Source: Methanothermobacter thermautotrophicus str. Delta H
GTDB lineage: Archaea > Methanobacteriota > Methanobacteria > Methanobacteriales > Methanothermobacteraceae
Length of the DNA stretch: 32,000 nucleotides
Direction of reading: 5' to 3'
NCBI RefSeq assembly: GCF_000008645.1
Contig: NC_000916.1
Location: forward strand, 900,001 to 932,000
The translations under genes were made by a program, and so were the position numbers. The notes under the pieces were generated by a model. It was not told where the DNA came from. It worked only from the letters and a program-made list of their open reading frames with translations, and ran no database searches. Of this stretch, positions 7,405 through 16,382 are shown piece after piece; the first letter of the stretch is position 1; every line of letters starts with the position of its first letter.

Positions 7405-9891
7405 TCACATACCATGGTATTCATCAAGGGACTTCACTGTTATTTTTCCCATGCGAACTGCTTCAATGGCATTAAGGGCCGCCCTGGCCCCTGCAAGTGT
7501 CGTGACGTAGGGTATTCCAAGTTCAACGGCCATCCTCCTTATGAGGTAGCCGTCATCGGCTGACTGCTTCCCGGATGGTGTGTTTATTATGAGACCAACT
7601 TCACCATCCAGAATTGCGTCCCTGATGTTTGGTGACCCCTGGCTCACCTTCCTCACGACCTCTATATCTGCAATGTCACTGACTGCCCTGGCTGTTCCCC
7701 GGGTTGCCATGATCCTGAAGCCGAGTTCATCGGCCTTTTTAACGATATCGGCTATCTTATCCTTGTCCTGGTCCCTGACACTTATGAAGACCTTCCCCTC
7801 ATTGAGGAGGTCCATGCTGGCTGAGAGCTGGGACTTGTAGTAGGCTATGCCAAAGTTTTCATCTATTCCCATGGCCTCGCCTGTTGATTTCATCTCAGGG
7901 CCCAGGACCGAATCTGCTCCAGGGAGCTTTATGAATGGGAATACAGACTCCTTCACAGCGACGTGTTCTATATCCTTCTCCTCTGTGAGACCAAGGTCCC
8001 TGAGCTTCGCGCCCATCATGAGCCTTGCAGCCATCTTGGCAAGGGGGACCCCTGTCGCCTTGCTGACAAAGGGTACTGTACGGCTTGCCCTCGGGTTTGC
8101 CTCGAGTATGTAGACTGATGGATCTGAGTCTGGCTTTACAGCGTACTGTATGTTTATGAGGCCCACCACCTCAAGTTCAAGGGCCAGTTTCCTTGTGTAC
8201 TCCTTTATGGTATCAATTATATCCTCCGGGATGCTCTGTGGTGGTATCACGCACGCTGAATCCCCTGAGTGGACTCCTGCCTCCTCGATGTGCTCCATTA
8301 TACCTCCTATGTAGACGTCGGTGCCGTCGCAGAGTGCATCCACGTCGACCTCTATGGCATCCTCAAGGAACTTGTCCACCAGTATGGGGTGTTCGGGGGA
8401 TACACGGACAGCCTCCCTCATGTACTCCTCAAGCTCCACATCATCATAGACTATCTCCATCGCCCTTCCACCCAGGACATAGGAGGGCCTTACGAGTACA
8501 GGGTAGCCTATGCGTTCAGCCACGGCCCTTGCATCCTCAAAGGACTTTGCGATTCCGTAGGGTGCCTGGGGTATTCCCAGTTTATTCAGCACCTCAGTGA
8601 ATCTTTCACGGTCCTCTACCCTGTCTATGCTCTCATGTGGTGTTCCGAGTATCCTCACACCAGCCTCTGCCAGGGGGACCGCCAGGTTTATGGATGTCTG
8701 GCCACCGAACTGGACAACAACACCCTCTGGTTTCTCCTTCTCGATGATGGCGAGGACGTCCTCAAGGGTGAGGGGCTCGAAGTAGAGCTTATCTGAGATG
8801 TCATAATCTGTACTCACTGTCTCCGGGTTGTTGTTGACCATTATGGTCTCATATCCATCCTCAGTGAGGGCCATGGCTGCGTGGACGCAGCAGTAGTCGA
8901 ACTCTATCCCCTGACCTATCCTTATTGGACCTGAACCTATGATGAGGACCTTTCTACGGTCTGATACCTCCACCTCATCTTCAAGGTCATAGCAACCATA
9001 GTAGTAGGGTGTCCTGGCCTCAAACTCGGCTGCGCATGTATCAACCATCTTGTAGACAGGTTTTATGTTGTTCTCAAGCCTCAGGGCCCTGATACTGGAT
9101 TCATCCATACCTGTGAGGGATGCTAATCTCGAATCTGAAAAGCCCATCCGCTTGGCCTTGAGCAGTATGCGGGGGTCCTCCAGTGATTCCCTGGTGATGG
9201 ATGATTCAAATTCAGCTATGTTGCTTATCTTCTGGAGGAAGAAGGGGTCTATCTGTGTCAGGCCATGTATCTCCTCTATGCTCATACCATCCCTGAGGGC
9301 GGTGTAGACCTGAAAGAGCCTCTGGTCCGTTGGATTCTCAAGGTCCGCCCTGGTGTATGGTGTCTCAGTGAATCCGTCTGCACCGATGTCCAGGGACCTT
9401 ATGGCCTTGTTGAGGGACTCCTCAAGGGTTCTCCCTATGGCCATGACCTCCCCCGTGGACTTCATCTGAACCCCTATCTCCCTGCTTATCCCCTTGAACT
9501 TGTCAAAGGGCCAGCGGGGGATCTTTGTGACCACGTAATCTATTGTGGGCTCGAAGGACGCTGGTGTCTCCTTGGTGATGTCGTTCTGTATCTCATCGAG
9601 GGTCATGCCGACGGCTATCTTGGCCGCTATCTTGGCTATGGGGTAACCCGTGGCCTTGGATGCCAGCGCACTGCTCCTGCTGACCCTCGGGTTCACCTCT
9701 ATGACCTTGTATTCGCCGGTCTCCGGGTGGACAGCGAACTGTATGTTACAGCCACCCTCTATCTTGAGGGCCCTTATGATCTTTATGGCCGCATCCCTCA
9801 GCCTCTGGTTGTCCTCGTCGCTGAGGGTCTGGGCAGGTGCAACCACCACGCTTTCACCTGTGTGTATGCCCATGGGGTCGATGTTCTCCAT
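7405..9891 (-). CDS. carB: Carbamoyl-phosphate synthase large subunit, residues downstream of the frame break (rest of the first ATP-grasp domain, oligomerisation domain, second ATP-grasp domain, MGS-like domain).
   Basis: MENIDPMGIHTGESVVVAPAQTLSD...NPRVSRSSALASKATGYPIAKIAAK is colinear with E. coli CarB from about residue 235 onward. A second ATP-grasp half follows ([23 protein letters not shown]...). Confidence 0.95.
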   Translation of the reverse strand: MENIDPMGIHTGESVVVAPAQTLSDEDNQRLRDAAIKIIRALKIEGGCNIQFAVHPETGEYKVIEVNPRVSRSSALASKATGYPIAKIAAKIAVGMTLDEIQNDITKETPASFEPTIDYVVTKIPRWPFDKFKGISREIGVQMKSTGEVMAIGRTLEESLNKAIRSLDIGADGFTETPYTRADLENPTDQRLFQVYTALRDGMSIEEIHGLTQIDPFFLQKISNIAEFESSITRESLEDPRILLKAKRMGFSDSRLASLTGMDESSIRALRLENNIKPVYKMVDTCAAEFEARTPYYYGCYDLEDEVEVSDRRKVLIIGSGPIRIGQGIEFDYCCVHAAMALTEDGYETIMVNNNPETVSTDYDISDKLYFEPLTLEDVLAIIEKEKPEGVVVQFGGQTSINLAVPLAEAGVRILGTPHESIDRVEDRERFTEVLNKLGIPQAPYGIAKSFEDARAVAERIGYPVLVRPSYVLGGRAMEIVYDDVELEEYMREAVRVSPEHPILVDKFLEDAIEVDVDALCDGTDVYIGGIMEHIEEAGVHSGDSACVIPPQSIPEDIIDTIKEYTRKLALELEVVGLINIQYAVKPDSDPSVYILEANPRASRTVPFVSKATGVPLAKMAARLMMGAKLRDLGLTEEKDIEHVAVKESVFPFIKLPGADSVLGPEMKSTGEAMGIDENFGIAYYKSQLSASMDLLNEGKVFISVRDQDKDKIADIVKKADELGFRIMATRGTARAVSDIADIEVVRKVSQGSPNIRDAILDGEVGLIINTPSGKQSADDGYLIRRMAVELGIPYVTTLAGARAALNAIEAVRMGKITVKSLDEYHGM

Positions 9892-9892
9892 G

Positions 9893-10585
9893 TTACAGAA
9901 CGATTATACAGGTGTCATTCCGGTCCCTCATAACCTCGTACTCGAATTCCTTCCAGCCCAGGACTGACTGGTCAATTAGGACCTGGTTGATGAAGCTCAT
10001 CTCGAGGCCCCTTGTTGCTATCTCAATGAGTTCGTCCCGGCTGTGGGCCACCCCGCCCCCTGTTCCCCCCAGGGTGAAGGCGGGCCTCACGATCACAGGG
10101 TAGCCTATCTCCTCAACCGCCTCAAGGGCCTCCTCAACTGAACTGACGGCCCTGGCTGCTGGTACTGGTTCGTTGAGCTTCTTCATGAAGCTGTCAAAGA
10201 GGTCGCGGTCCTCCACGTTCCTTATGGTTTCAATTGATGAACCTATAACACGGACTCCCTCCAGGGCGCCCATCTCTGCAAGGCCCGTTGCAACGTTGAG
10301 GCCTGTCTGGCCGCCCATCGTTGGGAGTACTGCGTCAGGTTTCTCCTTCTGGATTATCTTGGCAACGATTTCGGGTGTGAGGGGTTCGACGTAGACCCTG
10401 TCAGCCATTTCCATGTCGGTCTGTATGGTTGCAGGGTTCGAGTTCACAAGTACTGTCTCTATTCCCTCCTCCCTGAGTGATTTACATGCCTGAGAGCCAG
10501 AGTAGTCGAATTCAGCTGCCTGCCCTATCTGTATAGGGCCAGAACCTATGATAAGTACCTTATTGATGCTTTCATCCCGCGGCAT
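9893..10585 (-). CDS. carB: Carbamoyl-phosphate synthase large subunit, N-terminal ~230 aa fragment ending at a frame break.
   Basis: [41 protein letters not shown]...[17 protein letters not shown], then L-stop. The canonical CarB motif CIIVC(N/S)(M/I)EN is split exactly here. I chose the start at 10585 (MPRDESINK) over the longer ORF start at 10639. Confidence 0.9.
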   Translation of the reverse strand: MPRDESINKVLIIGSGPIQIGQAAEFDYSGSQACKSLREEGIETVLVNSNPATIQTDMEMADRVYVEPLTPEIVAKIIQKEKPDAVLPTMGGQTGLNVATGLAEMGALEGVRVIGSSIETIRNVEDRDLFDSFMKKLNEPVPAARAVSSVEEALEAVEEIGYPVIVRPAFTLGGTGGGVAHSRDELIEIATRGLEMSFINQVLIDQSVLGWKEFEYEVMRDRNDTCIIVL

Positions 10586-10616
10586 TTTATCCCCATTCCT
10601 CTCATCTAATATTCCC

Positions 10617-11687
10617 TTAAAACATCCACAAGCGGTCAAAGATGTTCACCGTGTCATGTGGCCCTGGACCCGCTTCAGGGTGATACTGGACACTGAACAC
10701 CGGGAGTTCCCTGTGCTCTATACCCTCCGGTGTTCCGTCGTTGAGGTTCAGCTGTGTTATCTCTATGTCGGTGCCCTTCACTGAATCAGGGTCAACCGTG
10801 AATCCATGGTTCTGGGAGGTTATTGAAACCGTCCCACTCCTCAGGTCCTTCACAGGCTGATTTACGCCCCTGTGACCAAACTTCATCTTGTATATGCGGG
10901 CCCCGAAGGCCAGTGCGATTATCTGCTGTCCGAGGCATATCCCGAATATGGGCAGACGTTCGGATAGTGCTTTAACTGTGTCTATGGCATCCCTCACACG
11001 TGTGGGGTCCCCTGGTCCGCTTGATATGAGGAGACCGTCGGGCTCGTAATCCATGATCTCGGCGGGTGATGTGGTGTAGGGTACGATCACGACCCCCAGA
11101 TCCTTCTCAAGGAGGGCATCTATGCTGTTCCTCTTGATCCCGCAGTCAACTATAACAACCCTCCCTGATGCATCCTCATTCAGGATTACAGGTTCCCTTA
11201 CACAAACCATATCCACAAGGTCGATTTCTGTTATGTCTGGCTGTTTCACTGCCATTTCAAGCAGTTCATCATCATCAATCTCCTCGGTTGCAAGGGCACC
11301 CTTCATGGTACCCTTATCCCTTATCTTTATTGTCAGGGCGCGTGTATCCACTCCAGCTATCCCAGGAATCCCATATTCCTCCAGGAACTCCGGGAGAGTC
11401 TTTTCTGACAGGCTGTGTGAGGGTGCAGGGCACATTTCCCTGACGATGAGACCCTCGGCCTTTATCCCATCTGACTGGTACCACTCCTCGGTGACGCCGT
11501 AATTGCCCTGTAAGGGGTAGGTTGGCATCAGTATCTGGCCCCTGTATGATGGATCTGTGAGGGACTCAACATATCCTGTCATACCCGTTGCAAAGACAAC
11601 TTCCCCTGTTTTCACAGTTTCAGATCCGAATGCTTCTCCTCTGATTATGGTACCGTCTTCCAAGGCGAGTTTTGCTTCCTTAAACAT
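10617..11687 (-). CDS. carA: Carbamoyl-phosphate synthase small (glutamine amidotransferase) subunit.
   Basis: [21 protein letters not shown]..., the GATase triad context [10 protein letters not shown], and [15 protein letters not shown] chose the start at 11687, which follows a GGTGGTGA ribosome-binding site, rather than ORF position 11747. Confidence 0.95.
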
Positions 11688-11721
11688 TTCACCACCATGA
11701 TCCTGATTTCCTTTGATTGGA

Positions 11722-12192
11722 TTAGACTGGTCGATATTCATGGCCATGGAGTGAATCAGGCTGGAGATCCATCCTCATGACCACAGCATCCTCTCCATCC
11801 TCATAATAGTTCTCTAATATCTTCTCCTCACTGAAGCCAAGGGCCCGGTAGAATTTTATGGCCCCTTTATTCCTTGCCCTTACCTCCAGTTTAATATTTT
11901 TAATGTGAAATTTTTCAAATATACTTATGGCTGTCATGACAAGTGCCGCCCCAACACCCCTCCTGCGGTAATCTTTATCAACTGCAAGTGAGATAATATG
12001 ACCCTCATCCTCAAAACGGATCCAGAATATTATGAATCCAACGACCTTCCCATCCTCCTGGGCCACAAGGAAGCCTGCTCCAAGGTTGTAGATGTCCCTG
12101 AGGAGGTGGGCGGGGTATGGGTCCATGAAGGAGTCCCTTTCAATCTTAAGGACCACCTTAAGGTCCTGTGGTCTGAACTCTCTTATTATCAT
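11722..12192 (-). CDS. rimI: GNAT N-acetyltransferase, RimI/Ard1-like (ribosomal-protein-alanine / N-terminal acetyltransferase).
   Basis: GNAT motif A: [19 protein letters not shown]...[11 protein letters not shown]. Size and layout are typical of archaeal RimI/Ard1. Confidence 0.85.
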
Positions 12193-12211
12193 CTCTATCT
12201 CCGTGGTATCA

Positions 12212-12613
12212 ATGTGGAATGATCTTGCAGTTTACATAATCAGGTGCTCGGGGCCGGGAACCCGTGTTGTTGAGGTGGGTGCCGGCAGGTTCCTCTATGT
12301 TTCAGATTACATCAGGAAACATTCAAAGGTTGATTTGGTTCTTACAGATATTAAACCTTCCCATGGGGGCATTGTACGTGATGACATCACATCCCCCAGG
12401 ATGGAGATCTACCGTGGTGCCGCACTCATATACTCCATAAGACCGCCGGCAGAGATCCACAGCTCCCTCATGAGGGTCGCCGATGCTGTGGGGGCGCGGC
12501 TAATAATTAAGCCCCTGACAGGGGAGGATATTGTAACGGAAAGGAAGATGAAACTTGTCAATTATGGCAGGACATACTTCTATGAATACATAGCTGAAGT
12601 CCGCAGTAGGTGA
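12212..12613 (+). CDS. UPF0146-family protein (small Rossmann / SAM-methyltransferase-like fold, function unknown).
   Basis: MWNDLAVYII...RVVEVGAGRFLYVSDYI...DLVLTDIKP...IYSIRPPAEI. It resembles the archaeal UPF0146 family of about 130 aa. I chose the internal ATG at 12212 because the longer ORF (12092) would run antisense through rimI. Confidence 0.7.
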   Translation: MWNDLAVYIIRCSGPGTRVVEVGAGRFLYVSDYIRKHSKVDLVLTDIKPSHGGIVRDDITSPRMEIYRGAALIYSIRPPAEIHSSLMRVADAVGARLIIKPLTGEDIVTERKMKLVNYGRTYFYEYIAEVRSR

Positions 12614-12708
12614 AAGAATAGCTAACCATGTAAATGGGTGCCTTGCCACCTTGATCCCGTAACTAGGTACCGAGCACTGGATGTGCACATCAGTTTATAT
12701 TATATTTA

Positions 12709-12871
12709 TTATGAGATGGATATGGAAATAACGTTGAAGAACAGCTGGACTTATGATGGATATGAGAACAACATTGAATAACTGGACTGAGAGAAAATCC
12801 GCAGACGGAACTTATATGAAAGAATAACGTTGAAGAACAGCTGGTTGACAGAATCCACAGAATGAACTTAT
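12709..12871. repeat. Composite direct-repeat array upstream of the P-type ATPase gene, made of two interleaved repeat families.
   Basis: R1 is aataacgttgaagaacagctgg, exact at 12727-12748 and 12823-12844, with a degenerate copy at 12767-12785. R2 is aaaatccgcagacggaacttat (12794-12815) vs agaatccacagaatgaacttat (12850-12871). cttat/ttatga punctuation recurs. Confidence 0.85.
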
Positions 12872-12907
12872 TAAATGTGCTAATTAAAGATTTAAGACGT
12901 GTTTAAA

Positions 12908-15433
12908 ATGAAATGGGCTGATATGAGTTTAGATGAAGTTTTAAAGGAACTTAAAACGTCCAGGAAGGGTTTAAGCCAGGACGAGGCATCGAGGAGACTT
13001 GAGAAATACGGGAAGAACGAACTCGTTGAGGAGAAGAAGGCTGGCCCGGTGAAGCTATTCCTCAGCCAGTTCATGGACATACTCATAATACTCCTCATAC
13101 TGGCTGCCGTTGCATCCTACTTCGTGGGTGACGTCCTTGACTCTGCAGTCATCCTCTTTGTTGTGGTTGTAAACGCCACCGTTGGATTCATCCAGGAGTA
13201 CCGGGCCGAGCGTGCCATGGAGAAACTCAAGGGTCTGGTATCGACAGAAGCTGTCGTCATAAGGGACGGTGAGACCCTGAGGATCCCTGCATCCGAGCTA
13301 ACCCTGGGAGACATGGTGATCATAGAGGAGGGAGATAATGTACCCGCCGACCTCCGGTTGATAGAAACCTATGATCTCCGGATAGACGAATCAGCCCTCA
13401 CCGGGGAATCAATACCCGTCAGGAAGACACATGAAAATCCTGAAGATGAAAGGGATGTTATTGCATTCATGGACTCTAACGTTGTCTCAGGGCGCGGCAA
13501 GGGGGCTGTGATAGCCACCGGCATGGAGACCTCCATGGGTAAAATCGCCAGGATGATACAGGAGGATGAGGGTAAAACACCCCTCCAGGAGAAGATAATC
13601 TCCCTAGGGAAGAACCTCGGCCTCATAGCAGTGGTGGTATGTGCCCTTGTATTTGCAATACAGTTCCTCCGCGGCCTGCCACTGGTGGACACATTCATGA
13701 CAGCAGTTTCCCTTGCCGTCGCATCTGTACCTGAGGGACTGCCAGCAATACTCACACTGACCCTTGCCCTTGGAATGCAGAGGATGGCCAGGAGCAACGC
13801 CATAGTGAGGAGACTCCTTGCAGTGGAGACACTCGGTTCCTGCTCTGTGATCTGCACAGACAAGACAGGTACACTGACCCACAACCGGATGACCGTGAGG
13901 GAATCAGAGCTCACATCACCTGAAATGGCCCTCCTGGTATGCGCACTCTGCAACAACGCCACATCATCTGAGGGGGGTGTGATAGGTGACCCCACAGATG
14001 CTGCCATACTGAGCTTCGCAGCTGAGAAGGGCTACCTGCGGGATGAACTCGAAAGGAAGTACCCCCGTCTGGCAGAGATACCCCTTGACAGTACAAGAAA
14101 GAGGATGAGCACCATAAACCAGCTGGAGGACGGAAGGTACCTCCTCGTGAAGGGAGCCCCCGAGATAATACTCAGAAGATGCCGTTACATCGACAGCGGT
14201 GATGGTGTTAAGGAACTGACTGATGAAGAAGTGGAAAGGTGGCTCTCCAGACTCAATGATATGACCTCAAGGGCCCTCCGGGTGCTTGCACTGGCCTACA
14301 GAAAACTCCCTGACGGTGACGATGAGGAGAAGGACCTGGTGTTTGTCGGACTTGTTGGTATGATGGATCCGCCAAGAAGGGAGGCTGCTGATGCCATAGA
14401 AACCTGTAAGAGGGCCGGTATAAAGGTTGTTATGATTACAGGGGATCACAGGGACACCGCTGTTGCCATAGCACATGAACTGGGACTCATGGACAACGGG
14501 ATGGCCCTCACAGGCAGGGAGCTTGATGAGCTCAGTGACGAGGAGTTCCATGAAATCGTTGAGGATGTGAGGGTCTATGCACGTGTTTTTCCCGAGCAGA
14601 AGGTCAGGATAGTTGAGGCCCTCCAGGGCAGGGGCCATGTGGTCGCCATGACCGGCGACGGGGTGAACGATGCCCCGGCCCTCAAGAAGGCCGCCATCGG
14701 TGTGGCTATGGGCAGCGGTACAGATGTGGCCAGGGAATCCTCCGACATGGTCCTCCAGGATGATAACTTCGCAACCATCGTCAGGGCGGTTAAGGAGGGC
14801 AGAACTATATTCGATAATATAAGGCGTTTTGTTAAGTTCCAGCTCTCAACAAACGTGGGGGCCATCCTGACAATTGTGTCAGCATCCCTCATCAACCTCC
14901 CGGTCCCCTTCAACCCGATACAGATACTCTGGATCAACATAATAATGGATGGACCACCTGCACAGTCCCTGGGTGTTGAGCCCCCTGAGTCAGATATAAT
15001 GCTCCGCGGACCTGAAAGGGAGAATATACTCCCAGGGAGGAACCTCCTGAGGATAATCCTTGCAGGTGCTGTGATGGCCGCCGGTACCCTGGGGCTCTAC
15101 ATGTACATGCTATCATCAGGAGCGGGGATTGAGAGGGCCATGACAGTGGCCTTCACGGTGTTCGTCGTCTTCCAGATATTCAACGTCTTCAACTGCAAGT
15201 CACGGACTGGCCTGTCAAACAGGGCGCTGATCCTTGCCGTTGTGGCCTCACTGGCCCTGCAGATCCTCGTGATCTACCTTTCACCCCTTGAGGGCATATT
15301 CAGGACTGTGCCACTATCAGTGGTGGACTGGGTGCTGATAGTCCTGGTGGCATCACTGATACTCATCCTCGAGGCTGTCCTGAGATTCTCTGATGGGAGA
15401 AATAAAGTAAAGGAGAACCGTGCAAACCCCTGA
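12908..15433 (+). CDS. P-type cation-transporting ATPase, P2 (PacL/SERCA-like, probably Ca2+) type.
   Basis: Phosphorylation motif ICTDKTGTLTHN, TM4 motif VPEGLP, and the motifs MITGDHRDTA and TGDGVNDAPALKKA. About 10 predicted TM segments. The ATG at 12908 is preferred over the GTG at 12899. Confidence 0.95.
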   Translation: MKWADMSLDEVLKELKTSRKGLSQDEASRRLEKYGKNELVEEKKAGPVKLFLSQFMDILIILLILAAVASYFVGDVLDSAVILFVVVVNATVGFIQEYRAERAMEKLKGLVSTEAVVIRDGETLRIPASELTLGDMVIIEEGDNVPADLRLIETYDLRIDESALTGESIPVRKTHENPEDERDVIAFMDSNVVSGRGKGAVIATGMETSMGKIARMIQEDEGKTPLQEKIISLGKNLGLIAVVVCALVFAIQFLRGLPLVDTFMTAVSLAVASVPEGLPAILTLTLALGMQRMARSNAIVRRLLAVETLGSCSVICTDKTGTLTHNRMTVRESELTSPEMALLVCALCNNATSSEGGVIGDPTDAAILSFAAEKGYLRDELERKYPRLAEIPLDSTRKRMSTINQLEDGRYLLVKGAPEIILRRCRYIDSGDGVKELTDEEVERWLSRLNDMTSRALRVLALAYRKLPDGDDEEKDLVFVGLVGMMDPPRREAADAIETCKRAGIKVVMITGDHRDTAVAIAHELGLMDNGMALTGRELDELSDEEFHEIVEDVRVYARVFPEQKVRIVEALQGRGHVVAMTGDGVNDAPALKKAAIGVAMGSGTDVARESSDMVLQDDNFATIVRAVKEGRTIFDNIRRFVKFQLSTNVGAILTIVSASLINLPVPFNPIQILWINIIMDGPPAQSLGVEPPESDIMLRGPERENILPGRNLLRIILAGAVMAAGTLGLYMYMLSSGAGIERAMTVAFTVFVVFQIFNVFNCKSRTGLSNRALILAVVASLALQILVIYLSPLEGIFRTVPLSVVDWVLIVLVASLILILEAVLRFSDGRNKVKENRANP

Positions 15434-15533
15434 GATAAAGGAGGGAACAGAACAGTACCTCTGGAGAAGAAAAACAATGAACCCTGGAGATAAAGGAGTG
15501 AAGAGAAAGGGAAGTGACCGGCAGAGAGAAAAA

Positions 15534-16328
15534 ATGTCTGTCATCGTTATGGCCGGGACAGAGGATGCCAGGAGGATAATCTCGAGGCTCTCAGGGATGC
15601 CATGGGTCGAGGTGACAGCCACTGCGACAACAGAGCATGGATCTGACCTTGCAGAGAAGTCTGGAGCCTCAAGGACAGTTACAGGAGCTCTGGACAGTGA
15701 TGGGCTCCGTGAACTCATGGCAGACCTTGATGCCTGCATCCTGATTGACGCCACCCACCCCTTCGCAGCCCAGGCAACAGAAAATGCTCTCAGGGCCTGC
15801 AGGGAAACCGGAACCATTTATGTGAGGTTTGAAAGGCCGGAAGTTATCCCTGATGGAGTTATAAGGGTCGGTTCATTCAGGGAGGCCGGTGAAGTCGCCT
15901 CATCCCTCATAGGGGATGGGGAGGTTGTGATGCACCTTGCTGGTGTATCCACCCTGGGTGATGTCCTCAGATCCCTTGAACCTGAGAGGGTTGCTGTCCG
16001 CGTACTCCCCTCCACCTCATCCATCGAGAAATGCCTCCAGCTGGGGGTCCCGCCCAGCCATATCATCGCCATGCAGGGCAGATTCTCGGCTGAAATGAAC
16101 CTCGCCCTCCTCCGGGAATACCGTGCAGGTGCTGTTATAACCAAGGAGAGCGGTGAAACAGGTGGGCTCCCTGAGAAGGTTGAGGCGGCATCAGAACTCG
16201 GCATACCGGTTATACTCGTGGAGAGACCGGAGGTTAACCTTGAGGGTGAGGCTGTCTTCGGTAACATCAACGACCTCATGGACCATGTGCTGAAGATCCT
16301 CAGGGATATGGGACAGCCAGGTGACTGA
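15534..16328 (+). CDS. cbiJ: Cobalt-precorrin-6A / precorrin-6x reductase.
   Basis: MSVIVMAGTEDARRII... and the family-typical LIDATHPFAAQATENA, at about 264 aa. An alternative in-frame ATG lies at 15477. Confidence 0.85.
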   Translation: MSVIVMAGTEDARRIISRLSGMPWVEVTATATTEHGSDLAEKSGASRTVTGALDSDGLRELMADLDACILIDATHPFAAQATENALRACRETGTIYVRFERPEVIPDGVIRVGSFREAGEVASSLIGDGEVVMHLAGVSTLGDVLRSLEPERVAVRVLPSTSSIEKCLQLGVPPSHIIAMQGRFSAEMNLALLREYRAGAVITKESGETGGLPEKVEAASELGIPVILVERPEVNLEGEAVFGNINDLMDHVLKILRDMGQPGD

Positions 16329-16382
16329 AGTGATACCCTGGACCTCGCACCGACCCTCTAACTGCTGATTTTCTACCCCATA

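Noticed and set aside
8193-9933. Several 135-222-aa plus-strand ORFs inside carB.
   Set aside because: They are antisense shadows of carB and have Pro/Arg/Leu-rich low-complexity translations.
12092-12211. A longer N-terminal extension of the UPF0146 ORF (start at 12092).
   Set aside because: It would run antisense through 100 nt of rimI. The family is about 130 aa long, and the recognisable sequence starts at MWNDLAVY.
13369-14007. A 212-aa minus-strand ORF, and other antisense ORFs, inside the P-type ATPase gene.
   Set aside because: It is a shadow of a gene with unambiguous P-type ATPase motifs, and the sequence is low-complexity and Ser/Arg-rich.
15353-16279. Two ~150-aa minus-strand ORFs over the ATPase 3' end and cbiJ.
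   Set aside because: They are antisense to well-supported genes and have no independent signals.
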